This document shows, piece after piece, positions 1-10,564 of a stretch of DNA of 64,000 nucleotides. The stretch spans positions 1,922,001-1,986,000 of the forward strand of contig NC_045138.2 in the NCBI RefSeq assembly GCF_008831285.2, in the 5' to 3' direction. The stretch is from Nymphaea colorata (Eukaryota). The translations under genes and the position numbers were made by a program. Positions within the stretch are counted from its first letter, which is position 1. Every line of letters begins with the position of its first letter. The notes beneath the pieces are model-generated. The model did not search any database. It was not told where the DNA came from and saw only the letters and a program-made list of their open reading frames with translations.

Positions 1-3000
1 TTGTACCGTCAATTCATGGATTTCTTAAACACACAAACTCTCAAAGTTAACATTGCAGGTATGATACTCCAGCCTATAGCTTGTTCTGTTTATTCACCAA
101 AGTGGATTATAGATACCGGAGCCACCCATCATATGGCAAACTCCATTTCTATTCTCTCTTTTCCTATTTCAGCTGATTGTAACCCTATTAAAATGCCAAA
201 TGGATCAACCACACCTGTCACTCATAGAGGACAGGTTCGATTAAATCCATTTCTCACGTTGTCCAATGTTCTTTGTGTCTCAACCTTTTCATTTAATCTT
301 GTTTCAGTCCCTAAACTTGTCACTGAAAATAATTGTGATGTTATTTTTAATGATTCTTGTTGCATTGTTCAGGACCGTCACTCGAAGAGGATGATTGGGC
401 GGGGTAAATTGGAGAATGGCCTATATGTTTTGGAGATTGAGAAACCAGCCGCTGCACATGTGATGTCGGATTCTTCAACCTTATGGCACTACTGTCTTGG
501 TCATCCTTCATTCTATAGACTCAAAACTTTATTTAGTTCTCTTGATTTGTCTCATGTTGATGAACATTGTTCAATTTGTCGTCTTGCCAAACAATCTCGT
601 TTACCATTTCCCAATAGTTCAATCTCTACTACCAGATGTTTTCAATTGATTCATTGTGATATTTGGGGAGGCTATCAAACGGAGTCACTTTCTGGTGCAC
701 ATTATTTTTTAACTATTGTCGATGATTTTTCTAGATCCACATGGGTATATTTGATGCGTTACAAACATGAAACCTTTTTTGTAATTCAAAATTTTATTTG
801 TATGGTGGAAAATCAGTTTCACACAAGGATAAAAAAGCTTCATAGTGACAATAGCCTAGAATTTTTTTCCAATGATATGACCCAATTTTTACAAACCAAG
901 GGCATAGAAAGACAACACTCTTGTGTCGGCACCCCACAACAAAATGGAGTTGTCGAGCAAAAGCATAAGGATCTCCTCAACATAGCTCGCGCCCTTAGGT
1001 TTCAAGCTAAACTTCCTTTGAAATTTTGGGGAGATTGTGTCTTGACTGCAGCATATTTATTAAACCGTTCGCCCACAAAACCATTAAAGGACAAAACTCC
1101 TTTCGAAATTCTTCATGGCAAACGTCCAACTTATAATCATATTCAGACATTCGGATGTTTATGTTATGCATATAATATTTCAAAACGTCATAAATTTGAC
1201 GCTCGTTCGCAAAAATGTGTCCTTATTGGATATCCGTTTGGACAAAGTGCTTATAAACTTTATGATCTTGAAACACATGAAGTCTTTACAAGTCGTGACG
1301 TTCATTTTGAAGAACATGAGTTTCCTTTTTCTCGCATCAAAGATAGTGATAGTCGGCTTGTGTTACCTCTCCCTACACGTGAATCTCTTGAATATCAAGC
1401 TAAACTTCCTTTGAAATTTTGGGGAGATTGTGTCTTGACTGCAGCATATTTATTAAACCGTTTGTCTACAAAACCATTAAAGGACAAAACTCCTTTCGAA
1501 ATTCTTCATGGCAAACGTCCAACTTATAATCATATTCAGACATTCGGATGTCTATGTTATGCATATAATATTTCAAAACGTCATAAATTTGACGCTCGTT
1601 CGCGAAAATGTGTCCTTATTGGATATCCGTTTGGGCAAAGTGCTTATAAACTTTATGATTTTGAAACACATGAAGTCTTTACAAGTCGTGACGTTCATTT
1701 TGAAGAACATGAGTTTCCTTTTTCTCGCATCAAAGATAGTGATAGTCGGCTTGTGTTACCTCTCCCTACACGTGAATCTCTTGAATATGAGTACATGGTT
1801 CCTAGTCCTGATTCCATATCTCACGAAACTACCACCATATTGTCACATGAACACTCTCTGTCAACCTCACCACATGAACCTCCACCACCCACTATGCCAC
1901 AACCTGCCCCCAACGATACCATTGTTAGTCACCTACCATTAAGGCGTTCTACTCGGCAGCGTATGGTACCATCTCATCTACAAGACTATCGGTGCTTCTA
2001 CTCTACCTCGCTCAAATCCTTTAATTCGGGTAATGGTACTAACCCTACAACACTAACACATCACCCAATGCACCATTTTCTTCATCTTGATAATTTCTCT
2101 CAGTGTCACCAAGCCTTTTTAACTACTATTCTCAACAACCGAGAACCGTCTTCTTTCAATGAGGCAATACAATATCAGGAATGGAGAGATGCTATGGATG
2201 CTGAGCTTCAAGCGTTAGAGGCAAACTGTACTTGGGAAATCACTTCTCTTCCACCAGGCAAAAAACCCATTGGTTGTCGCTGGGTTTACAAAATCAAGTA
2301 TAAAGCAACGGATCTGTTGACAACTATAAGGCGCGACTCGTTGCTAAAGGATATACACAAACTGAAGGTATCGACTACACCGAGACTTTTTCTCCCGTTG
2401 CCAAAATTACAACTATTTGATACCTTCTATCCATTGCTACTATTAAAGGGTGGTCCCTTTACCACGTCGACGTCAATAATGCATTTTTCATGAAGATTTG
2501 CAAGAAGAAGTCTATATGTCTCTTCCACCTGGTTTTACCCGACAAGGGGAGAACATTGTCTGTCGACTAAAGAAATCTCTTTATGGGTTGAAACAGTCAT
2601 CTCGGAATTGGTTTTTTAAACTCACTGAGTTCCTTCAACACCTTGATTTTTCTCAATCTAAGGCAGATTACTCCTTGTTCTCTAAGGTCAACAAGAATGG
2701 CAGTATTTTTATCGTGGTATATGTTGACGACATTATTATTGCAGGGGATAATCAACAAGCCATTGATCAGTTGAAGGCCATCATCAATGGTAAATTTCAA
2801 TTGAAAGATTTAGGAAAACTTAAATATTTTTTGGGCATTGAAGTTGCAAGATCAAAACGTGAAATTTTTCTTTCTCAAAAGAAATATATAATGGACACTC
2901 TTCATGAAGCTGGATATAGTGGGGCCAAACCAAGTGACACACCAATGGAACAACATCTAAAGGTAGATGATGAAAAAGGTCAACTATTAGACGACCTTAA

Positions 3001-3676
3001 TTTCTTCAGAAAAATTATTGGTCATCTAGTCTATTTGACCATCACACGACCGGATATTCTTCATAGTGTGCATATTTTAAGTCAGTTCATGGCACACCCA
3101 AGAACCACTCACTTGGAAATGGCTTTTCGCATCCTTCGATATATTAAATCATCGCCTGGACAAAGTATTCTCTTATCATCTAATAGCAACATTGTTGTTA
3201 AAGGATTTTGCAACTCGGATTGGGCCTCATGCCCAATGACAAGGAGATCAACTTCTGGATTCTGCATATTTATGGGAGACAATCCAATATCATGGAAGGT
3301 CAAGAAGCAATCCACTGTATCAAAGTCTTCAGCAGAAGCAGAGTATAGAGCCATGGCTCTAGCCACTTGTGAAATGACTTGGATAAAATATATTCTCAAA
3401 GATTTTGGAATCATTCATGAGCAGCCTATGTAGTTACATTGTGACAATAATGCAGCAATACATATCGCTGCAAACCCGGTGTTTCATGAAAGGACTAAGC
3501 ATATAGAGATCGACTGTCATGTTGTTCGCGAGAAAATCCAAAGTAAAGAAATCTGCACCAAACACGTAAACTCTGAAAATCAAGTTGCTGATATCTTTAC
3601 AAAGCCTTTAGGGAAGGAATCATTTTTCAAGTTAAGAGGTATGTTGGCCTTAATTGACCCAGGAGCTCCAACTTGA
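1..3676 (+). pseudogene. copia pol polyprotein (PR-INT-RT-RH), disrupted
   Basis: ORFs 1-2493, 2498-3433 and 3479-3676 join into one pol. Disruptions are 1-bp frameshifts near 2308 and 2488 and premature stops at 2418-2420 (TGA) and 3431-3433 (TAG). Confidence 0.9.
1002..1788 (+). repeat. 393-bp in-frame tandem duplication inside the integrase C-terminal region
   Basis: TCAAGCTAAACTTCC... starts at 1002 and again at 1395. The peptide QAKLPLKFWG...TRESLEY appears twice. About 7 differences by eye, all transitions. Confidence 0.97.
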
Positions 3677-3683
3677 AGGGGAG

Positions 3684-3883
3684 TGTTAGACGTTATGCAA
3701 ATCTAGTCGATATAGGCAAGTTGAATCTCTCCAAAGATTTCACCGTTGTAAAATCCCTCTTTTCTTTCCTTTTTATGAGGATGAGATAACGCTTGGACGT
3801 TATGCTCACTCTTGTATAAATACTGTATTTTGATTACCATACAATTAATCAATTTTTAGTTTTCTTCTGCCCACTGTTTATCA
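3684..3883 (+). repeat. putative 3' LTR (~200 bp) of the first copia element
   Basis: Starts TGTTAG directly after the PPT, has TATAAATA at 3815-3822 and a plausible end ...TTTATCA at 3883. The 5' LTR is outside the window, so the right boundary is not confirmed. Confidence 0.6.
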
Positions 3884-4410
3884 CTCCTGGAAGAGGACAA
3901 CAAAGATGGAGATAGAGAGGAAGACAGGGAAGAGGAAGATGCTCACCTGTGTCTATGCTCACCTGTGGAAGAGGGCAACGAAGAGGGAGATAGAGAGGAA
4001 GATGGGAAGAGGAAGATGAGGAAGGGGAACCCGTCGGGCTTCCTCTCGAGCGATAGAGTTCAGGTCCGATTTGAATCCCGATCCAATTCAACCTACCCAA
4101 AACCAAAATCGTTATAGACTTATAGGAATAACCATCTTAGTGAACAACAGAGCGCTTCGCCCCGTCCCTCCAACCCCGAACCTAACCTCCTTATTAAGAA
4201 AGAAAGGAAAGAGAAAATTGCAATTTTGATTTTGATATTTAATAATTTTGTGATTTATAGATAATTTTGTCATATATATTAGTATTTATTATTATTATAA
4301 ATTAATAAAAAAAATAATAATAATAAATAGTCTTGCCGCACCGCCGCACTTAAATTTTTTAAGATGTGCCATACCGGCACCCGCACCCGCATCCCACATC
4401 TTGGTGACAG
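3884..4410. mobile_element. probable non-autonomous DNA-transposon remnant into which the copia element inserted
   Basis: Duplicated GA-rich unit (GGAAGAGG...GAGATAGAGAGGAAGA) at 3889 and 3967, and clustered CCGCAC/CGCACCC subterminal-like motifs at 4336-4396. The other terminus is not visible. Confidence 0.3.
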
Positions 4411-4658
4411 TCCACTATATGTCTCGAGATCAAGCTACCACTATTAGTTTAAGTGCTTCCTCAAAATTAATTTTCAGTCACTGTATGGATTATTTTCATA
4501 TAATACCAAAATAAGTCGGTTTCCATGCCCAATCTCCACAACTAATGTCTGCTCAATTTCATGATGCAACATATCATAACCAATTTAGTCCAAATAAGGT
4601 CGTGTCTCAAATTTCAATTGGTGATTCGTGCATAAATGAATATCTCCCGACTTAACGT

Positions 4659-5279
4659 TGTTGAACATCGCATAGAGGATAAGGTTAATTATAGGTTAAA
4701 ATAAGTCAGTTAGGGTTGCATATTCCATCAAACAGATAAATGTGCTACCAGAGCAGATGAGGCGTTTTGCCTGATTATGGCTAAAGATCAAGGGAGTGAG
4801 ATAGAGAACGTGAGAGAGAGCAGATGAGCCGCTTTTCCTGATTAGGGCTACAGATGTGCTATGTAATCCTACAATTGCGCACAAATGATGATGAAATGCT
4901 ACGTATGCAAACACACACACACACACACAGAGATGTGTACCAGGATATGGTAGGAGATAGTCGGATCTTGATGAGCTTAAGCGTGAGAGCCAAAGAAATC
5001 ATGGTTGCCAGCAGCACTAAAGCGAGAAACGAAGGGACGAGGTCATTGGACTGTTTCGATGTCGATAGAGGGAGCTACGGGATAGAAGAAGAGAAAGCGA
5101 AGGTAGGGCTCGAAGTCGAAAGCAGCGTGTCAAGCAGCCTGTTCCGAGGTTATGGATGGAACAGTGTAGAACAGAGCGGATATATATACCCTGTCTAGCT
5201 TGTCCTCCGTCTAGTGTTTGTGTCGGATTTCTGTAGACGGAACAAGCGTGTTCTGTTCCATCGTCTGTTCTACCCATCA
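4659..5279 (-). mobile_element. possible solo LTR
   Basis: TG...CA-bounded ~620-bp block of higher GC with a TATA-like TATATATA at ~5181. The flanks AACGT and AACTA match only 3 of 5 bases. Confidence 0.25.
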
Positions 5280-5410
5280 AACTACTTGTTATAGATCAAC
5301 AAAAGCATAAACCAAGGACATAATAAGTAAAAAGAAAAGTAAGTAATACATATTCAGAAACAATAAGAGTCCCATTGGTTAATAATTTCAATTCCTCTCT
5401 CTGTCTTTTG

Positions 5411-5412
<2 letters not shown>

Positions 5413-5471
<59 letters not shown>
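5413..5471. repeat. compound (AC)n(AT)n microsatellite
   Basis: Directly visible dinucleotide runs. Confidence 0.95.
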
Positions 5472-7958
5472 CTCAAAATGTGCATTGTGGCTTGGATAAT
5501 CCAAGGCGAACCTTTATAAAAAATACATGCATGAAAGAAGCTTTTGTAATCTTCAGCCTCACGTCTCTCATCCTTTGGCTTTGTGCTTGATTGACACCAT
5601 GCATAAATAGCATGATTATGAACGTCGTTGATAAATTCATGAACAAAACGCCGACATAATCAGAACATATATTTTAGATAAAGAACGTGGGGTTCTTGCT
5701 ACATGTCCTTGAAAACGTTTGGTGTTCAAAAAGCGTAATATCATTGATCTTATCAAATGCCCTCTATGCGACGTTGTCAATGAATCAAATTGGTTCTTGT
5801 TTAGGAGATGGATTATCTATGCTAATGATCACCCCATAGCAAATATGCTTGGTGCATTAATATGTGAGGTTCAAATAAGAACTTCAAATTCCATCTTTAA
5901 TTATATAAGGTCGAAATTTTTGGATGCTGTTCGATTCTTTAGTTTCCAATTAGTTCAGACCCTCTCACTCCAATCTTAAATCCGACTTTTTTTTTTAATG
6001 CAAATAAGTAAAATAAGAAGATTGAGTGTTTCTTACTTCGATGCACAATAGATTTTACTATAGAACTTTTGCCATATCAAAAAAACATGTCACATCAGAT
6101 CCACATCAGATCTATGGATTTCAAATTCCAAGTAATCAAACGCCCCATTATGGTGTTAACATGGGATGACTTTTTATAAAGAAAAAACACCTTTGAGATT
6201 TGAACAAGAAACTGGCTACTAGGATTCATGAAGACAATTTGTCAAAGATGTTATGTTCATGACTATAAATGAAGGTGGAAGAAAAAAAAAATTACTGAAT
6301 TTCAAGAAAGTTTTTAGATTCCTTCTCACGTTTGAGATAAATAATAATTTTTTCAAGGATTTCAAGCTGATAACTCCTAGAAACTCCTTTCTTTGTTAGA
6401 GAATAGTATATGACGTAGCAGAACAATCGCCTCCTAGCTGGTAGTTGAGTCACATTTGAATAAAATCTTGTAAACTGAAATTTAAATTCAGTTGAGACCC
6501 ACTGTAAATTGCAACGAAAAAACTTGTAGGCTCATCATAACTTAAAGAAAAATATCGCATAATGCTAAACACTAAGGCAGAGATAAGGGCAACCATGGCT
6601 TCTTTTATTTCGTATAACAAATTTTTAAATATCTACTACATAATTGAATTTGTTTATCATAAATTTTATTAATTTAAAAATGACGGGTCTAGGATACAAA
6701 TCCTGAATGTCACCTATACATCTGTTATAAAATTTTAAAAATGTTATTAGTTTAACTGACATAGAGATTGTATGCATGTTGTCGTAATTAATGAAATTTG
6801 ACAACTAAATATCATATATTTCTTCCCTTTTGTTAATTACAAAAAATAACTAAAATTAAAACGTGATTTACACTGAATTACTGTTTATGAACACGTAAGT
6901 TGTTCACATTTTGTTTGTGACATCTTTTTAACACAAAATTAAGAGGTCCAGTTTTTGTCTCTTACGTTATTGATCTGGTATGTACCAAATACTCTAAAAA
7001 AAAAATTGCCTCATATGTTTACTCTCGAAAAAAATGTTAAAAAAGTTTTAACATTTTTTTGTCTCTTACATTAAAGTTCATCTTCTGTTTTCCTGCAATG
7101 ACGAGATATTCTTTATTACATACAAGAATCGATCTTTTTTTTTTCTTAAGTATCATAATTTTCACATCAAACCAACAATCTCCCCATTATTTTCATCATC
7201 TAATGCATCTTTACTCTAACTGCGTAACATGACACGTATCAGTGTCAAATCAATACTACTTATCTTTAAACATTAATTAGTTAATATTTTGAAAAGTTTT
7301 AATCTGGCCTGTCTGTAAAAGTTTTGAAAAATAGAGCCCTAGAAAGTTTCAATATGTTTCTCTGGAAATTTTCATAAAGGTTTTGAGCAGCCCTTTGAAA
7401 AAATTTCAACCTCTCTTAAGGGAAAAATCTTTGCTCCGTCTATATATGTCAACGCTATTTTCGAACTCCTATTGAACTTCGTAAATGTTTATATATATCG
7501 GCATATATCGGATAACATCAGCCATAACAATTATATATATGAGTGGATCATGATTCTCGCAATCCAAAATCATCCAACCATTTAATTTGGATTTGGATCG
7601 TCCATATCAAGCACATAAATAATTGAAAAAAAAAAACAAATACATTAATATTAAATGATGAAAATATCTATCTTTTTTTATATTTTCACTCAGTTATTCA
7701 TCCTGCTAGATCGAATGGTCTGATTATATATATATATATATATTGTGCCACCCTTTCAATTATTTCTACAACCGCCTAAATTTCAACCGATGCCGTGTTC
7801 ACATAAACTTCTTCATCTCCCACGTTCTTGGCCACATAATATTCAATTGAAGCTAACATAAGTGACATATACACTTAGTGTCATGTATTTCAAATATGGA
7901 GTAATGTAATGCCCTCAAAGAGTAACGGATTTGGTAATAGTTCTTATTCTTTCTTTGG

Positions 7959-8354
7959 GGGCCTGTTTGATGGTATTTCTCGTAACCATGTAAATAGAAT
8001 TCAAATTTTTGAAAATTTTTTCTTGTCTAACAAACTTGGGATGAAGGAAATGAAAGTTGGGTTGGTTTTCAGAAAGTTATTTTCGAAAATTTCTTCCCAT
8101 CTCAAGGGTTGGAAAAAAAATTTTATGATGATAAAAGTTGCCGTTGGATTTTCAAGCAATACTTAATTCCACCTCTTTCAACTTATCCCCGTCCTCGACC
8201 ATCAAACTAATAAATAAATTTGCTTGGAATTTGTATCAATCTTAATAGGTTTTGAAAATATGGATTTTGTTTTCAATTCACAGATTCCAGAAATAAATTT
8301 CAGAAGACTTAAACTTCTTTCCCTTTCTATATTCTCAAAGAATCAAACGGGCCC
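7959..8354. mobile_element. Tourist/PIF-Harbinger-like MITE in the BURP gene promoter
   Basis: TIRs GGGCCTGTTTGAT (7959-7971) and ATCAAACGGGCCC (8342-8354) match 12/13. AT-rich non-coding interior; imperfect 3-bp flanks TGG/TGA. Confidence 0.7.
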
Positions 8355-8500
8355 TGACACAAATTTTTTGGAACACTTGGCGGCGGCCGCGGACATCATC
8401 ATTCATGGCGTTTGTCCTTTTCACGTTATCAAACGCAGCGTTGGGACCCCAAGCTTATCCTTAGAGCAACTTGTGTTTGTCATCTTGCGATATCAAGTTC

Positions 8501-8519
8501 TATTTAAGTTCTATTTAAA
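8501..8519 (+). promoter_or_regulatory. tandem TATA-like boxes of the BURP gene
   Basis: CTATTTAA occurs twice (~8500-8507 and 8511-8518), about 90-105 bp upstream of ATG 8607. Confidence 0.5.
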
Positions 8520-9451
8520 GAGGGAAAGCTCCCCTTAACCTTCACATCTCAGTATCGGATCAAGCTCTTTTGCTCTGTGACCTTGAAAAGGCTCCAAATC
8601 ATAATCATGTTGAAGCTCATACTCCTTTTGCTCCTTGTACCACTGGTAACTCTCTTTCATCTCTCTCTCTCTCTCCCTTATCTGCTGCATAAAGCCAATG
8701 CGTCTCGTGTTTGATTTTTATGGGTGTTACACAAGGGGCAAAACTAAGAATTTTTTGTAAGGAGGGTCAAATTATTGTTTCAAATTTTGGCAGGAGATGA
8801 AATATCATTTTTCAAAATTTGTTAACATTTTTTAAAATTTATACGTAAATTTAAAAAAAAAATAGTCAGTCGGCATTAGATGGTAGGACTTTCTTCGATG
8901 AGAAAAAAGGACTTACTCTTTTTGGGATCTGATGCTACACCGTTGCGCAATACCTTAGTTGATCAACCTTTTCCATAAGTTGATTCCTAACTTGTATGTC
9001 ATATTATGACATATTTAAGAGTTTCTGGTCCTGAAAGAATAACATCAAATATTTCGTGTCCATTGGATGCATCAGATATGGTTATTTGTTAGATTTCACA
9101 CATCTTTCTTTTCTCATCCTTACAAATTCTTATGATGGAGGGATCAAGTAGCTTCTCATGCTGATGGCCACATATATTTAACTTATGGATTAAAGAGCTC
9201 TTTCCACATTCTTCCTGATTTGCTGCCTACTTTTGTGATGAATGTGCTGCAGTTTGCTGAGACGAGTATTGGTTCGGCTCTCAGTCCCTCGAGCTACTGG
9301 AAGAGTGTATTGCCGAATACTTTCATGTCAGATGCCCTTCAGTCCTTTTTGCCGAAAGGTTGGTTGAGGTGTGAGAGAGTGAGTTACATGCACCAAAGTA
9401 CCACTAGAAAAATAAAAATGAGTTGGGTTGTTTGGGAAAATTTTAAAGAAG

Positions 9452-9482
<31 letters not shown>

Positions 9483-10195
9483 TCACTAGTTTTTCTTGTT
9501 TTTATAAACGGAATGTCTGATAATACTCTTCCTTTTGATAAAGAAGTGAGAATATTTCATCATACCACCAAAGAAAAAAGATAAAAACCCGACATTTCTT
9601 TGTGTCTCTCTTTCTCTTGAGGATACCAAGTGCTATGGAGTGATACCTCCCTGATGTTTTAACTTTCAACTTATATACAAGTGTCAATCTTTTTACAGCA
9701 TAAAAAGTTGATGCCAGAGAATTCAAAATAGAATCTAACTACCTAACAGCTTCTTTCACACAGAAAAACAAAATTGGCATAAAGTTGCAACTGCTTAATG
9801 TTTCCTCTCTCTTGGCTGTGTATATGTTATTTATATTGGATGGATTTTATCAAAGTTAATGAGTAATAGATCGAAATTCTTATCCTTGCTTCAAATTATG
9901 AAATATATGAACTGCAGACTCGTCGAGGCCGAGCTATGGAGGCAAGTGGGTCAAATTCTCAAAGTCAAACTGGGATGCATGCTTCGGGTACGTTTTACTC
10001 TGCAAGCCTCCCAAGGGCCTCTTCTTCTTAGAGAAGGACCTGAAGCCGGTCATGGCAATGGACATAAGATTTCTTGCGGCCAACATCAACTCAGAAGAGA
10101 AGATGCCGACCTTCCTCCCATGCCAGGCAGCAGAAGCACTGCCCTTCTCAACCTCCTCCTTCCCCACCATCCTCCGACGCTTCTCCCTGAGCCCA

Positions 10196-10564
10196 TGTAA
10201 GAAATCAAAATGAAAAAATAATTAAAGGGACATAAATTTTTAAAGTGGTTCAGCCAATAGGCCTACGTCCACTACTCTATCATTTCTTGCTTGCCTTTCT
10301 TTTGTGGAGAAGCTCATTTATATAAAGGAGTTACATAAGGGGTCTCTAGTTCCCAAGAGACATGACTTTTCATCTTTCAACATACATGACTTTTCATCCC
10401 TCAAGAGACATGACTTTTCATCTCTCAAGAGACATGTCTTTTCATTTCCTAAGAGACATGACTTTTCATCTTCCAACAAACATGACTTTTCATCTCTCAA
10501 AAGATATGACTTTTCATCTCCCAAGTAATACACATTGAGAGCCTTCTTGGTGTTTCTGTTAACA
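10196..10564 (-). repeat. 3' LTR (369 bp) of the second copia element
   Basis: Matches 14727-15094 with about 7-8 differences by eye; adjacent to the PPT. Confidence 0.97.

Larger units (their letters stand above)
1..3883 (+). mobile_element. Ty1/copia LTR retrotransposon, 5' part outside the window (pol, PPT, 3' LTR); decayed
   Basis: Domains in copia order: protease WIIDTGATHHM, GAG-pre-integrase LWHYCLGH, integrase HCSIC/HCDIWG/SDN/NGVVEQKH, RT YVDD (~2719), RNase H SDWASC and [25 protein letters not shown] (3675-3683) is followed by TG at 3684. Confidence 0.95.

Noticed and set aside
10355..10525. 24-bp array as a CRISPR-like locus
   Set aside because: Units are contiguous with no unique spacers, occur in both LTRs of a plant retrotransposon, and no cas genes are present.
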